From positions 1 through 64,000 of IMG/VR virus record IMGVR_UViG_3300024518_000034: a stretch of 64,000 nucleotides of DNA; one strand, 5' to 3'. This DNA is from a virus. A model generated the notes under the pieces. It worked only from the letters and a program-made list of their open reading frames with translations. It made no database searches and had not been told where the DNA came from. Positions 34,787 through 45,600 of this stretch are shown piece by piece; position 1 is the stretch's first letter; each line of letters begins with the position of its first letter. Position numbers and translations under genes: made by a program.

Positions 34787-35583
34787 TAGAACTAATTCAA
34801 GCATTGATGGCAATTCTAATTTTGAATCTTGGAAATCCATCGTGGAACACTAGGCATGATATTCACGTAGCTATTGAAAAGGATAAAAATCCTGTATGGA
34901 TTAACCTTCTACATGAACAGAGAAAGTCAAAAGACTTAGAGATAAGATTTAGAATAAGAAGATTACTAAAGGTAAAAATACGTGAGACTCCACTAGTGTG
35001 GTTCGCAGAGAAGAAAAATAGACATTTTTTTTACTTGAAAGAAAATCAAGTTATGACAATGTTCAATACAAAACAAGAAATACCAAATTGGTTCAAAGAT
35101 AAACACTTTGGGCCTTTAAATGTTAAAGATAAAAGACTGGGAGTTAAATTGCTTGAAAAGGCAATTAGAGTGAAAGGTCTGTCCTACACAGATGAGACAT
35201 GGTGCATAGATCAGCTTATTAAAGTGAATACTCCAGGTGGAGTGGCTGTGTTATTGGGGTGGCTGAAAACTGATCCGACAGACACTAGAACAATCGGAGC
35301 TTTGTATAAGTATAAATCTATGACATCTTTGCAGGCTCTATTTTGGGCATATACAACGCTAGTCTATCCGGTTCGCCATCAAATGGCCAAAAGAATTTTT
35401 TGGTCGTGGGACGAGGGAAAACATAGGGGGTGGAAGAGCATTCCGCAGATTTACGAAGAGGCGGTAGGTTTATTTCCTAAAAGAATGATTAAGGCTCTCG
35501 CAAAAGAGGTAAGGATTTCTAAAAACAAAGAAAGCATGGAAGCGTTCGCATACATGGTCACTCAAGGATTGAGAGCAAAATGA
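34783..35583 (+). CDS. Hypothetical helical protein, possibly exported
   Basis: Hydrophobic N-terminus; ORF track. Confidence 0.65.
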   Translation: MIELIQALMAILILNLGNPSWNTRHDIHVAIEKDKNPVWINLLHEQRKSKDLEIRFRIRRLLKVKIRETPLVWFAEKKNRHFFYLKENQVMTMFNTKQEIPNWFKDKHFGPLNVKDKRLGVKLLEKAIRVKGLSYTDETWCIDQLIKVNTPGGVAVLLGWLKTDPTDTRTIGALYKYKSMTSLQALFWAYTTLVYPVRHQMAKRIFWSWDEGKHRGWKSIPQIYEEAVGLFPKRMIKALAKEVRISKNKESMEAFAYMVTQGLRAK

Positions 35584-35787
35584 AAGAGTTGATGAATGAA
35601 CTCAGAAAAATTGATTGGTACGTATTCACTGTCGGGTTATTGGTCGGGTTATGTATTAGCCTCATCTTTGCCAATTGCCAACTTAACAGAAAGGCGAGTC
35701 TGCCGAAGAAAATCACTAAAGGAATTGAGAAGATTAAACAAGGTAATTGAGATAGATAAGGGAAATTTGCTAGATAGGTATATTTAA

Positions 35788-36012
35788 ATGGAAAGTAAAA
35801 AACGAAGTATAGTGAAGTCTGTTACTTGGAGGATATTTAGTTTTATAGTAATTACAACTATTATCTTAGTAGCAACTGGAAATCCCCGCCTGGCTTTAGG
35901 TGTAGGAGTAGCTGAAGCAGCAGGAAAAACTATAATTTACTACATGCACGAAAGATGGTGGAATAATATAGAGTGGGGTAGAACAAAACAAGATGCTACT
36001 ATACAAAATTAA
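35788..36012 (+). CDS. DUF2061-family membrane protein
   Basis: RSIVKSVTWRI...YYMHERWWNNIEWG. Confidence 0.85.
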   Translation: MESKKRSIVKSVTWRIFSFIVITTIILVATGNPRLALGVGVAEAAGKTIIYYMHERWWNNIEWGRTKQDATIQN

Positions 36013-36235
36013 GAGAACTGATGGTAAATTTTCGGGCGGTGGAGCATATCCAATGTTCGTTGAAAAAGGTAAAGAGTGGAAAACGATTGGGCATTTAAAA
36101 AGCCATTTGAGGTTAGTTAAAGATCAACGTACTATTGAAAGATATGACAATTGTGAAATAGTAGTTGTGAAGATGGTTGAAGAATCGTCACACGTCGTTA
36201 ATATGAAAGATTTAATTAAAGGGATGAAAAAATGA
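35993..36235 (+). CDS. Conserved phage hypothetical protein
   Basis: FSGGG.YP.F...GK.W..IGHLKSHL. Confidence 0.65.
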   Translation: MLLYKIKRTDGKFSGGGAYPMFVEKGKEWKTIGHLKSHLRLVKDQRTIERYDNCEIVVVKMVEESSHVVNMKDLIKGMKK

Positions 36236-36801
36236 GTGGCGATACATATGTTTTTAGTGATCCGCATTTCAATCATGCGAATATTATCAAATATTGTAAT
36301 AGACCATTTTCCTGCGTAGAGGAAATGAATACTACAATGATTGATAATATAAATGCGGTGGTTGGACCAGGAGACATTCTTTGGTGCCTAGGCGATTGGG
36401 TATTCGGAAGAAATAAGGCTGAAAATGCTAAGAAATTTCTTGACAGAATAACTTGCGGAACGGTTAATCTGATTTGGGGAAATCACGATAAAAAGAGAGA
36501 CATGAGAGGTCTGTTCAATCAAGAACACGATATGTATACTATCCGTGTTCAGGATAGAGGGGAAAAGCAGTCTATTGTTCTGTGTCATTACGCTATGAGA
36601 ATCTGGAATAAGTCTCACCATGGCGTGTGGCATCTATATGGACACTCTCATGGTACGCTACCCGACGATCCAAATTCAATGTCATTTGATGTTGGTGTTG
36701 ATTGTCACGATTTCAAACCGCTAAGCTTCGATGACATAAAGAGGATTATGGCTCAAAAGCAGTTTCAACCAATTGATCATCACAATGCGAGTACGACATG
36801 A
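36232..36801 (+). CDS. Calcineurin-like metallophosphoesterase
   Basis: SDPHF.H, LGD, GNHD, HY, GHSH motifs. Confidence 0.9.
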   Translation: MSGDTYVFSDPHFNHANIIKYCNRPFSCVEEMNTTMIDNINAVVGPGDILWCLGDWVFGRNKAENAKKFLDRITCGTVNLIWGNHDKKRDMRGLFNQEHDMYTIRVQDRGEKQSIVLCHYAMRIWNKSHHGVWHLYGHSHGTLPDDPNSMSFDVGVDCHDFKPLSFDDIKRIMAQKQFQPIDHHNASTT

Positions 36802-36948
36802 TAGGTCGTGATGATTATAGACAATTAACAAGATCTATTTTAAAGGTAACAGATAGTATGTCTGATAAAGAGATAGATTTACTAATTAGTTCAATAAGAG
36901 TACAAAGATTTAAGAAGTTCATTTCTATGAGAAGTATAGATCCCGGCG

Positions 36949-37212
36949 ATGACCAGGAGTTTTGCGACAATCAGGAGAAAAAGCATGCATTATAGGCTGA
37001 CAAAAGTAAAGGGAATTGTGTATCCCTACACAGAGGGAACTATACAATATGATAGACCAAAAATAGGAAGAAATGTGAAGTGTCCTTGCGAGTCTGGTTT
37101 AAAGTACAAAAGGTGTTGTCAGAAGGGCAGTGAAATCTTATTAGAGAAAACTAAGGAGGCGAGAAATGCAGTCGAAGAAGCTGAAAAAAACCAAAGCGAA
37201 AAAGAAGATTAA
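36949..37212 (+). CDS. SEC-C motif protein
   Basis: IGRNVKCPCESGLKYKRCC. Confidence 0.8.
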   Translation: MTRSFATIRRKSMHYRLTKVKGIVYPYTEGTIQYDRPKIGRNVKCPCESGLKYKRCCQKGSEILLEKTKEARNAVEEAEKNQSEKED

Positions 37213-37789
37213 GGTTTACGTTAGTGGTCAGATGACTGGAATGCCTGACTTAAATCGAGCCGCCTTCAATGAGGCTGAAGAAAAACTAATCAAAAGAGGC
37301 TTTGCGGTTTACAATCCGGTTAATTTTGGAAACGAGAAAACAGATTCGCGAGAAGAGTTGATGAAAAAAGATTTTGAATTAATACTTGGATCTGATATGG
37401 TAGTTGTACTCCCCGATTGGGAGAACTCGTGGGGCGCGGTACTTGAAGTTACATTTGCTAGAGAGATTGGACTGCCCGTTGAAGATGTAGACGGTAACGC
37501 TGTGACGTACACACCGCCCCTTGTAGAGGCCCAGAAGATAATAAATGCGGATCGTCAATGGGATTATGGTCATCCAATTGACGATTATTCTAGGACAGCT
37601 AGCATGTGGGGAGAAATTATGGGCAAAGAGGGACTTTCAGCGTACCAGGCTGTTTTGGGAATGATAGCTGTGAAGATCTCACGAGAAGTACACAAACCAA
37701 AGAGAGATAATAGATTAGATATTGCTGGATATGCAGGATGCTTAGAAAAGATAGCTTTGGAGGAAGAAAGGCGAAGTAAACTATCATGA
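37166..37789 (+). CDS. DUF4406 (deoxyribosyltransferase-like) + DUF6378-like fusion
   Basis: VYVSGQMTG.PDLN..AF; LPDWENSWGA.LE; R...YGHP.....RTA.MW...DIAGYA. Confidence 0.75.
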   Translation: MQSKKLKKTKAKKKIKVYVSGQMTGMPDLNRAAFNEAEEKLIKRGFAVYNPVNFGNEKTDSREELMKKDFELILGSDMVVVLPDWENSWGAVLEVTFAREIGLPVEDVDGNAVTYTPPLVEAQKIINADRQWDYGHPIDDYSRTASMWGEIMGKEGLSAYQAVLGMIAVKISREVHKPKRDNRLDIAGYAGCLEKIALEEERRSKLS

Positions 37790-38112
37790 ATAAGGGCGGC
37801 TGCGAAAGATGTAAAAATAAAGGCAAGATTAAAAAAGTAGAGCAGTCGGGGCGAAAGAAACTAAAAATATGTCCTGACTGCCAAGGCATTGGTAAGATAA
37901 AGTGGAATAAAAGAGATGCCAAGAGGTTTGCCTGTAGGATGGTTGCAGAAATGGTAGACGGTGTACTAGATTGTGGTTTTCCTTTAGATAAAATACATGG
38001 GGATAATGTAGACATAGTGTATGACGCTTTAGGCGACATCTTGATGGAAATGCACAAAAGGGGTGGAGAGATTGGTGGCATTAGAAATGCGAAGAAAGTA
38101 TCAAGGAGATAG
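37786..38112 (+). CDS. Zn-finger protein (DnaJ-like CxxCxGxG repeats)
   Basis: CERCKNKG...CPDCQGIG. Confidence 0.65.
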   Translation: MNKGGCERCKNKGKIKKVEQSGRKKLKICPDCQGIGKIKWNKRDAKRFACRMVAEMVDGVLDCGFPLDKIHGDNVDIVYDALGDILMEMHKRGGEIGGIRNAKKVSRR

Positions 38113-38778
38113 ATGGATAAAACAGTAGAGCAGCAAATAAATGAAAATAATAGGGAACAGCAATTAAAGCCGAAAATTCAAGTAGCTGTTAGACCTAATA
38201 TTAGTAAATATAGGGTGAATTCAGATGATAGGATAGATGTAGACATTTGGATAGATGTAGAGGAGGATAACTTTAGAGTGTTATCCTCTAATTGCATTTT
38301 TACCCAGGGAAAGAACCCATGTATAGGCGACCCCACCCAGCCGTGCAGAAAAAGCTATTCAAGGTGCAACAATCACAAAAAAGACTTATGTACTGATGAA
38401 ATTGGAAGACTAAAATTCTTTGCAAAAAAACAAGAGACGAAACTTCCAGAGAATCTTAAGAAAGAATGGGCTAAATTTGGAAGAGAAACCTGGGCCGTCA
38501 GGTCTTACATAGAAGCTCATTCGTTTAAAATAGATAGAGATACGCAAGAGAGGGTCTTTGACGCACATAGACAACAGTTTCTGATAATACAGTGTCTATT
38601 GAAAGAGTGGTCATTGGGTGAGGAAGATGGAGAGCTAGTAATACAGCACTGTGCTATGCCAGGACTTCCATTTACGATGATTCAAGAAGACCAGATGAAG
38701 AGGATATCTGAGATAAACGGAGAAGTAATGAGGGCTTTCATAGAAGGATTCATAAAAAAGTCTAGGACGATAGAATAA
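38113..38778 (+). CDS. Hypothetical protein, possible tail assembly chaperone
   Basis: Position upstream of the tape measure gene; weak resemblance to 39178. Confidence 0.55.
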   Translation: MDKTVEQQINENNREQQLKPKIQVAVRPNISKYRVNSDDRIDVDIWIDVEEDNFRVLSSNCIFTQGKNPCIGDPTQPCRKSYSRCNNHKKDLCTDEIGRLKFFAKKQETKLPENLKKEWAKFGRETWAVRSYIEAHSFKIDRDTQERVFDAHRQQFLIIQCLLKEWSLGEEDGELVIQHCAMPGLPFTMIQEDQMKRISEINGEVMRAFIEGFIKKSRTIE

Positions 38779-38827
38779 ACTACAGAATGTGTAAGCAATT
38801 TAAAATAAAACCAGATATTGTACTTAT

Positions 38828-39181
38828 ATGAGAATAGACGAGGAAATGATAGAAAGGTGTATTTTTCCTTGGTGTAGGAGCGAGGGGAAAGCCGGTTCTA
38901 CGGCTGCACAGAGAAAGATACAGCTATTTAGTAGGATAAAAAATAGTTCAATTGTGGAAAGGGCTTCTTTCTATTTTAGAACACCCCCAGAAGACTACAT
39001 AGCCAGAAGAAATCTATCCATGGCAATGATAGAAGAATATGAAATTTGTTCTACAATGTGGGACAAATTTGGAATAAGTGCCCCAGAGTTAGAAAATTTA
39101 GATGCAACTTGGGTGACAAACATGTTAATGATGCTAAGTGAGGACAATAAAGCGACAAATGAAAGGATGAGTAGAGCATGA
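38828..39181 (+). CDS. Putative tail assembly chaperone
   Basis: Position and size. Confidence 0.5.
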   Translation: MRIDEEMIERCIFPWCRSEGKAGSTAAQRKIQLFSRIKNSSIVERASFYFRTPPEDYIARRNLSMAMIEEYEICSTMWDKFGISAPELENLDATWVTNMLMMLSEDNKATNERMSRA

Positions 39182-39645
39182 GTGAAGAAACAGTAGTGGT
39201 AGAGGAAAAAGTAAAAGAAAGAAAGAACATTTATATAAATAAGTCTTCTTCTACAAAGAAGAACATTTATTTAAAACTAAATGAAAGTGATTTGTGGGAA
39301 GTAGTAGACAAGGAAGATAAAGAAGATAAGGATGGAGAGGGAATAAAGACGGAAGAGTTAGAATTTACAAAAGTATGGTGGAAGCTTAGTGTTAGAGTAG
39401 ATAGTTTTTCAACTAAGCTGAACGAGTTAGGACTTAGGGTGCAGGATCCAACGCTGATGGTTGAAATGACTATCAGATACTACCTAAAGAAGTGTTCTTT
39501 CTACGATTTGGAATTTGAAAAAGACGAAGAAGGTTTTGAGAGAATTTCAGAGAGTTGTTGGGAAGAAATGGTAGGAAAAGATGGACTGTCACCTGAAATA
39601 ATATTGGGAATATTTAAGACCTACAGGGAGATTAGTGAGCTATAA
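39178..39645 (+). CDS. Putative tail assembly chaperone
   Basis: Immediately upstream of the tape measure gene. Confidence 0.55.
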   Translation: MSEETVVVEEKVKERKNIYINKSSSTKKNIYLKLNESDLWEVVDKEDKEDKDGEGIKTEELEFTKVWWKLSVRVDSFSTKLNELGLRVQDPTLMVEMTIRYYLKKCSFYDLEFEKDEEGFERISESCWEEMVGKDGLSPEIILGIFKTYREISEL

Positions 39646-39649
39646 ATAA

Positions 39650-42600
39650 ATGGGTTTAGAAACTGCAATTAAAGCTGTCGGAGCAGCGGCGGAAGGAAGC
39701 GGCAAGGCTTTTGGTGGATTTGAAAAAGCTATAAGTGCAACTGCTAGTACTGCAAAGAGTCTAGATGGTGTTATGGCTAGCCTGATGAAGAGTTTTCTTG
39801 AGGTTGGACCAGTAGTTAAATATGAAAAATCTCTGTTGGAGATTCAAAGAACTACTGGAAAAACTGTTAAGGAGATTAAAAAACTAGAAACGGTTTTCAA
39901 GAGGGTCGCAAAAGGGTCTAGATATTCTAGGGACGCATTAGCTAAGTTAACTAGTGGAATGAGTAATCATATTTCTATGATTACCATGACTAACAAATCG
40001 ACTGAAAGATTCCTAAAAACGATGAGCAGTAAATTCGTCGTAGGAATGGAACAGGCGATAAAAGTTCTTGCCGCACTAGGAGATGAATATTCAGAATTTG
40101 GAGCCTCTTTAGCTAAGGGCGACGTGGAGTGGGATTCTGCAGTTTCACAACTTACATCTTTCAATGTATTAATGGAAAAAGGTCCGATGGCTGTAATTCA
40201 AATGAATAAAGCCATGACTGGGCACGCTAAAGGGCTTGGAGATTTAACTGATGCCCAACAGCGACAGGAAGCTGCACAAAAAGATGCAAAACTAGCCTTT
40301 GGTGAAAGTATGAAAGAAGTGTCAAAGGGTGTAATGCAAATGCAAACATTCCTTGCTTCGATTTTGCCAGTAACTAAAGCATTATCAGCTTTAGCGGCTG
40401 CGATGGGTGCAGTCAGCGCAGCAAAAGCAGGTATGAGGTTTGCTGCGGGTGGTGGTTTTGGAGGACGAGGAGGAAAAGGTGGCGCTGGAGGCGGCGCAGC
40501 AGCGGGAGGATATGGCAGTCCAACAATGGCGGGCAGGATATGGGGCATGAGGACTAAAGAAGGCAGAAAAGGAATGTGGCGCAAGGACAAGCCGTCCGTT
40601 GGCCAACATGCGGCAGCTATTAGGGAGAACAGAAGTAGAGATTTTAAGAAAAGAATGTATATGGGTCATATGCCAGGGCAAGTTATTCCTGGTACAGGGG
40701 GAATGATGGGGCCTGGCAAGACTGATCCTAAATATTTTAAATTTAAAGGGAAGTCGCCAATACCACAAAGGGCAGGGTTCGCTCGAAAAGCAATTGGTAC
40801 AGTGGGTGGGGGAAAAGTAGGAATGGGATTGAAAAAAGCCATGGGCGGGTTGACTTCGGCAATACTTCCTATGGCAGGAATGCTGCTTAAATTATTAGGA
40901 CCATTGGCACTCATAGGAACCTTAGTTGGTGTTATAATGCTATTGAATAAGAGGTTTAAGTCAGTTAGTGGATTTTTTACAAGAATAAAAAGAGTTGTTG
41001 AAAAAGTAGTTAGGGCACTTGACACGGCTTTTATGAAGATAGCTGAACCTTTAATGGAAGCAATGGAACCGTTGATAGAGTTGATGGGAAGCTTTGCAGA
41101 AGTTTTTGGAGATGCCACAATAAGTTTAATTAAAACAATGGCAGACCTTTTGGTGCCAGTCATAAAGGACTTTTTGATTCCAGTATTAAATAACCTTATA
41201 GATGCAGCTTACGCAGTTGCAAATAAGGCAGTAGATGCTTCAAATGTAGCAACTCCTTGGCAGAAGCCAGCAGGACATTTTAAGAGAGATGATGGAAGTT
41301 ATAGGGGTAAAAGAACGAAAAAAGAAAAAGGACTTGATAGGGAAGCATTTGCAGAAAATCAGAAGAAAAAGGGGCTCACTAGAAAAGATTTTGCCAAAAG
41401 ACAGAAGGAATATTTTAAAGCGGGAGACGATGAAGAAAAACAAGCAGCTAGAGTGGGAGATAAGAAAGCACTTGCTGCCATTAAGGCAAGAAAAGCAACT
41501 AAGGCTGCTGCAGAGGCAGCTAAACAAGCCGCCCAAGCAGCACTGCGGGCAGAAATGCAAAGAATACATAATCTGTTTCAAATACTTGATATAGAAATGA
41601 AAATAGCAGATCTAAAACAAAGTGCTTTGCAGTTAGAGTTGTCTTTAGCAGAAAAGACTGGTGCCACTTGGAGAATTATAGGGGAGCTTAAAAGAAAAGA
41701 TATTGATGAACAAATTGCTAAGTTAGAAGTTCAGAGAAAAAGAGTAGCGGAGGTGGAAGCTCAAAGAGCAAAGGGTATTAAGAAGGCTGCAGAAGAGAAA
41801 GCTGAAATCGTCATGAGAAGAAAAATGCTTGGAAAAAATTCTTGGTTTGTAAATGAAGAAGAGGATGAGGCAACTTTAAAGGGCCATAAGACAGCCGCAA
41901 AAAGAGCGGACAAAAATGTAAGGGAGGAGCGAATAAAAGAACAACAAATGGCAATAGATTTAAAGAAGAAAATGTTAGATCTAATCGATACAGAATATAA
42001 CATTAAGAAGAAGTTGATAGGTTTGGATCAACAAAACTTAGCTAACTTGGAAAGAATAGCGATGGCAACTAGAAAGGGAGATCCGGCTTTTGTAATAAAA
42101 ATCAAAAAGGAATCTATAAAACTTGATATGCAAGACTTGCACAATGTACAAGTTAAAATAAAGAAGACGGAATTGGCAAGAAAGAAGGCTATAGAGGCAG
42201 CAAGAATTGTGGGCGGTCGTGCAGGTGCAGAAAAAGAATCAGCAAAGTGGGTCGGCATAAGGAAGAAATTGCAAACAGAGGAAACTGGAATATTGGCAAC
42301 GATTTCGGAAAAGGCAGACTACATTCGTAGAACATGGCTTGAACAATATGCAGAAATGGCAATAGGAGCGCAGAGTGGAACATATCTTGTACCAGGAGCG
42401 TCCGACTTGTCTGGAATGCAAACTAAAGGCGCAGCGTTCAGACCGTGGGCACCAACTCAATCAGGCGGTGGAGCAGGAACATACAAAGACATCTATGGAA
42501 AACAATTAGATCCAGCATTAGAAACGGGTAGAAGTAAATTGGAGAGTCAATTGAAGAGGCACCAGGCCGACGCAAATAATGCGGTTAAGAGATTGTCTGA

Positions 42601-42667
42601 CGTTCAAATTAAAATGTTTAAGGAAGTAGAAGATAGAATTCGCAAGGCGATGACGGGTAGAAAATAA
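39650..42667 (+). CDS. Tail tape measure protein (1005 aa)
   Basis: Ala/Lys-rich helical protein, Gly-rich and hydrophobic central segments, coiled-coil C-terminal half; position. Confidence 0.85.
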   Translation: MGLETAIKAVGAAAEGSGKAFGGFEKAISATASTAKSLDGVMASLMKSFLEVGPVVKYEKSLLEIQRTTGKTVKEIKKLETVFKRVAKGSRYSRDALAKLTSGMSNHISMITMTNKSTERFLKTMSSKFVVGMEQAIKVLAALGDEYSEFGASLAKGDVEWDSAVSQLTSFNVLMEKGPMAVIQMNKAMTGHAKGLGDLTDAQQRQEAAQKDAKLAFGESMKEVSKGVMQMQTFLASILPVTKALSALAAAMGAVSAAKAGMRFAAGGGFGGRGGKGGAGGGAAAGGYGSPTMAGRIWGMRTKEGRKGMWRKDKPSVGQHAAAIRENRSRDFKKRMYMGHMPGQVIPGTGGMMGPGKTDPKYFKFKGKSPIPQRAGFARKAIGTVGGGKVGMGLKKAMGGLTSAILPMAGMLLKLLGPLALIGTLVGVIMLLNKRFKSVSGFFTRIKRVVEKVVRALDTAFMKIAEPLMEAMEPLIELMGSFAEVFGDATISLIKTMADLLVPVIKDFLIPVLNNLIDAAYAVANKAVDASNVATPWQKPAGHFKRDDGSYRGKRTKKEKGLDREAFAENQKKKGLTRKDFAKRQKEYFKAGDDEEKQAARVGDKKALAAIKARKATKAAAEAAKQAAQAALRAEMQRIHNLFQILDIEMKIADLKQSALQLELSLAEKTGATWRIIGELKRKDIDEQIAKLEVQRKRVAEVEAQRAKGIKKAAEEKAEIVMRRKMLGKNSWFVNEEEDEATLKGHKTAAKRADKNVREERIKEQQMAIDLKKKMLDLIDTEYNIKKKLIGLDQQNLANLERIAMATRKGDPAFVIKIKKESIKLDMQDLHNVQVKIKKTELARKKAIEAARIVGGRAGAEKESAKWVGIRKKLQTEETGILATISEKADYIRRTWLEQYAEMAIGAQSGTYLVPGASDLSGMQTKGAAFRPWAPTQSGGGAGTYKDIYGKQLDPALETGRSKLESQLKRHQADANNAVKRLSDVQIKMFKEVEDRIRKAMTGRK

Positions 42668-45600
42668 TGGGGAACACAGCAGCAGCGGGGTCAGTAGAGA
42701 CAGTAAATGCAAATGTAAGTGGTAGGTCAGTAGAACCGCCAACAAAAACGCCACCAACCGAAGGTCCACCCACAGAAGAGACAACTAGATTTTTGTGCGG
42801 TGATCAAAGAGGACAAATTAAATGGAGCGTAAGCTCTTCACAGAGAAGTCAGGTATTTTTAGATAATACTGTAGAACACAGCATTATTTATACCGATATG
42901 GTCAGTGAGACAATTCCTGAGTTTACGTTGACAGATAGCGATAAAGAATCGGTTGCAAAAATTAAGGCACTTACAGCGTCACCAGAAACTCCAGTGGCAA
43001 TATTCAGATATAACAGAACACACACATCTGGAGCTTTTGACAGTGATTTTTCTATTCCAATCTTCATAAGAAAGAAATCTAAAATAACTGGAAAAGTAGA
43101 ATATGAACCATTAACAGATGTATATTCCCCAGAAATATCTTATAATAAGTTCGATGATGAACTAATACTTTCATTCTGGCAAAATATAGACCCATCGGCA
43201 GGCGTTACAATATCTTCTATAGAGGGATATGGAAATGACGAGACTAAGGATTGCAGTAATAAGGTCGCCTCTACGGGAAGCGTATCAACGGTAGAAAATA
43301 AGAGCGGATCAGTATCATCAGTTTATAAGAATAAAAATAAAGACATACAAAGAGCATTGATGCATACACAGGGTAGTCCTGTAGCTGTAGCTTTTATAGA
43401 TGGAAAAGGTTTGCCTTATGATATAGTGTACATTTTTAATGAGCCTGCCGAGGTGATGAGAAAAAAAGGACCGATTAATGATATTAATCTAAACGTTGCC
43501 GTAACGTTAATTGCTGACAATGAAGATTGTGTGAATAGGCCAGATAGATCTTCTGTTAATAATTCTACATGGGTGTACGATGGTGACCATTGCAAGTACG
43601 GAGATCTAGATGATCTCTTTAAAGTTGACACTTGGTGTGGTAGTAAGTCTACAAGAGGATCTATTGAAATAACTAATGGGACGCAAGGAAGACAGAAAAG
43701 ACAGTTTGTATTAAGAAGTACAGCGTCTAATTTGGAATCTGAAGGTGAATATTGGGTTGAGACTAAATACGTAGATGACCCTTCGACTCCAGGTAGAAAA
43801 ATCCAAGTCAGTGTTAGAGTTTCGGCAGCAGAAGTCGCAGCAGCAAAAGCATTAGAGGCAGAAAATTCAAACTTAATAAGAGGTGGAAAAAAGTTTGACA
43901 AAATTAACAATGAAGGTGGGGCAGATAGTTCAGACAGTAGATTATTCATATGGATAAATGAAAATAAAAATTATTCTCCACAGGAAACTATAAAAGGTGG
44001 GTTGGTCTTCAGGAGAAGTAAGGACGTAACACAAAAAATTGTTGGGCACAATATAACATCAGACTTAAAAGGATTCAATAGGTTTGTAAAGGGATACCAA
44101 AATGGTACGCAGAATATCGGCGCAGTCATTATGGGCGACACTGGTTTTGAAAATACGGGAACTACAAATGGAAGCGTTACGCCAACGGGTACTCCAAAAC
44201 CATCATTAGATGAAATAAAATGTGGAATGTTTAGAGATGTTTTACATATTGCAGACGATGATCATTTGGAAGTCAGAACTAGTTCTCACTTCATATATCA
44301 AGATAGACAGCAAGGTCTTCCGGCTGAAAATTTGTCTGGCCCAGTAGTATTTTTTCCAGTAGAGAGATTTAATTTATGTAATGAATTCAGCGGAGCATTA
44401 ACTGGCGTATCTACTGTAGGCGGAAGTACAACGGGGACGTTCACTAAAAAATGTGAACCATATTCTGGATTCTTTTTCTTTAAGAAGTTTCCATTCGATG
44501 ATAAAGATCCTACAAAGTCTAACAAGTGTAAAAACAATATGGTGACAAATGTAGATGGGACAAGAGAATGGGAAGTTCCAGGCGTTTGGCATATAACTAC
44601 AGATGTCCCAGTATTTAATTGGACATTTGAACCGCCTCCTCCGCACAGAGGGGTTACCAGAGTTGGGTCGTTCAGTGGTGGAGGGTCTGCTGGGTCAAGT
44701 GGCTCGTCGGGCTCAAGTGCAGGCGGATCAGGTGGTTCCGGTGGCGGGCCAGCAGGGGGAGCAGGAGGAGCCGGTGGCGCTGCTGCTTCTTTTATAGTTC
44801 CACATAAGTTTGGCCAAGTTAATGCATCAATTGTAGAAAGTTATAATTCAAGACATATTGGTACGGGTGATAATCCGACAGCAATTGACGCATATGAGCC
44901 ATCACCCAATTTAGACTTAAGTGACGACACAAATATTCAATATGGGGGAGATGTTGCGGGACTAAGTGTGGGCATGGTTATTGCTATCTCTAGGAGGTTA
45001 AATGATCCAAACACTTCACCGAAAGCAAAAGCAAAATTGCTTGCTCTGCTAAACGATGCAAAAGAAAAAAGACCGAAAAAACCAGCAAAAATTAAAAAAA
45101 GCCCAAATGGAAAAGGGGTGGGAACAGATAAAAAATTAAATCCGAGTCAGATTGCTAACAAGGTTGCTCTACATAAGATGATATATGATGTTACACCGGG
45201 TGCAGCTATAGCGATGGCAAATGCAGCAAACACTATAAGAGATATACAGTATAAGTTTCCAAAAGGAAAGTTGCCAGATCAAGAAATTACTGATTATAAT
45301 TCAGACGGCGAAATTACAGGAGTAAGAGTTAATTCTGAATTTGGATTTAACCAAGATGGCGAAATAGTTGAAATTAAATCAGGAAAAATAAACGTAGAAG
45401 ATAAAGATTTTGATAAGACTTTAGAGGAAGTGCAGGAAAATGCAAAAAGTACTTACTTGGAGAAACTTGTACAATTTCCTACGGGCAGAAAACATGGTCC
45501 TGGGGCTTTTGAGGGTCAACCAGAATATGAGGGTGTTAACGTATATGTAGATAAAGATGGAAATTATTTAGATAAAAAGACATTGAAACCAGTAAATAAA

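Noticed and set aside
38113-39645. Programmed -1 frameshift in tail chaperone genes
   Set aside because: No clear slippery heptamer at an ORF end; the ORFs have independent starts
44670-44800. Gly/Ser-rich stretch in the 1806-aa protein as a DNA repeat element
   Set aside because: Low-complexity coding linker with degenerate codons
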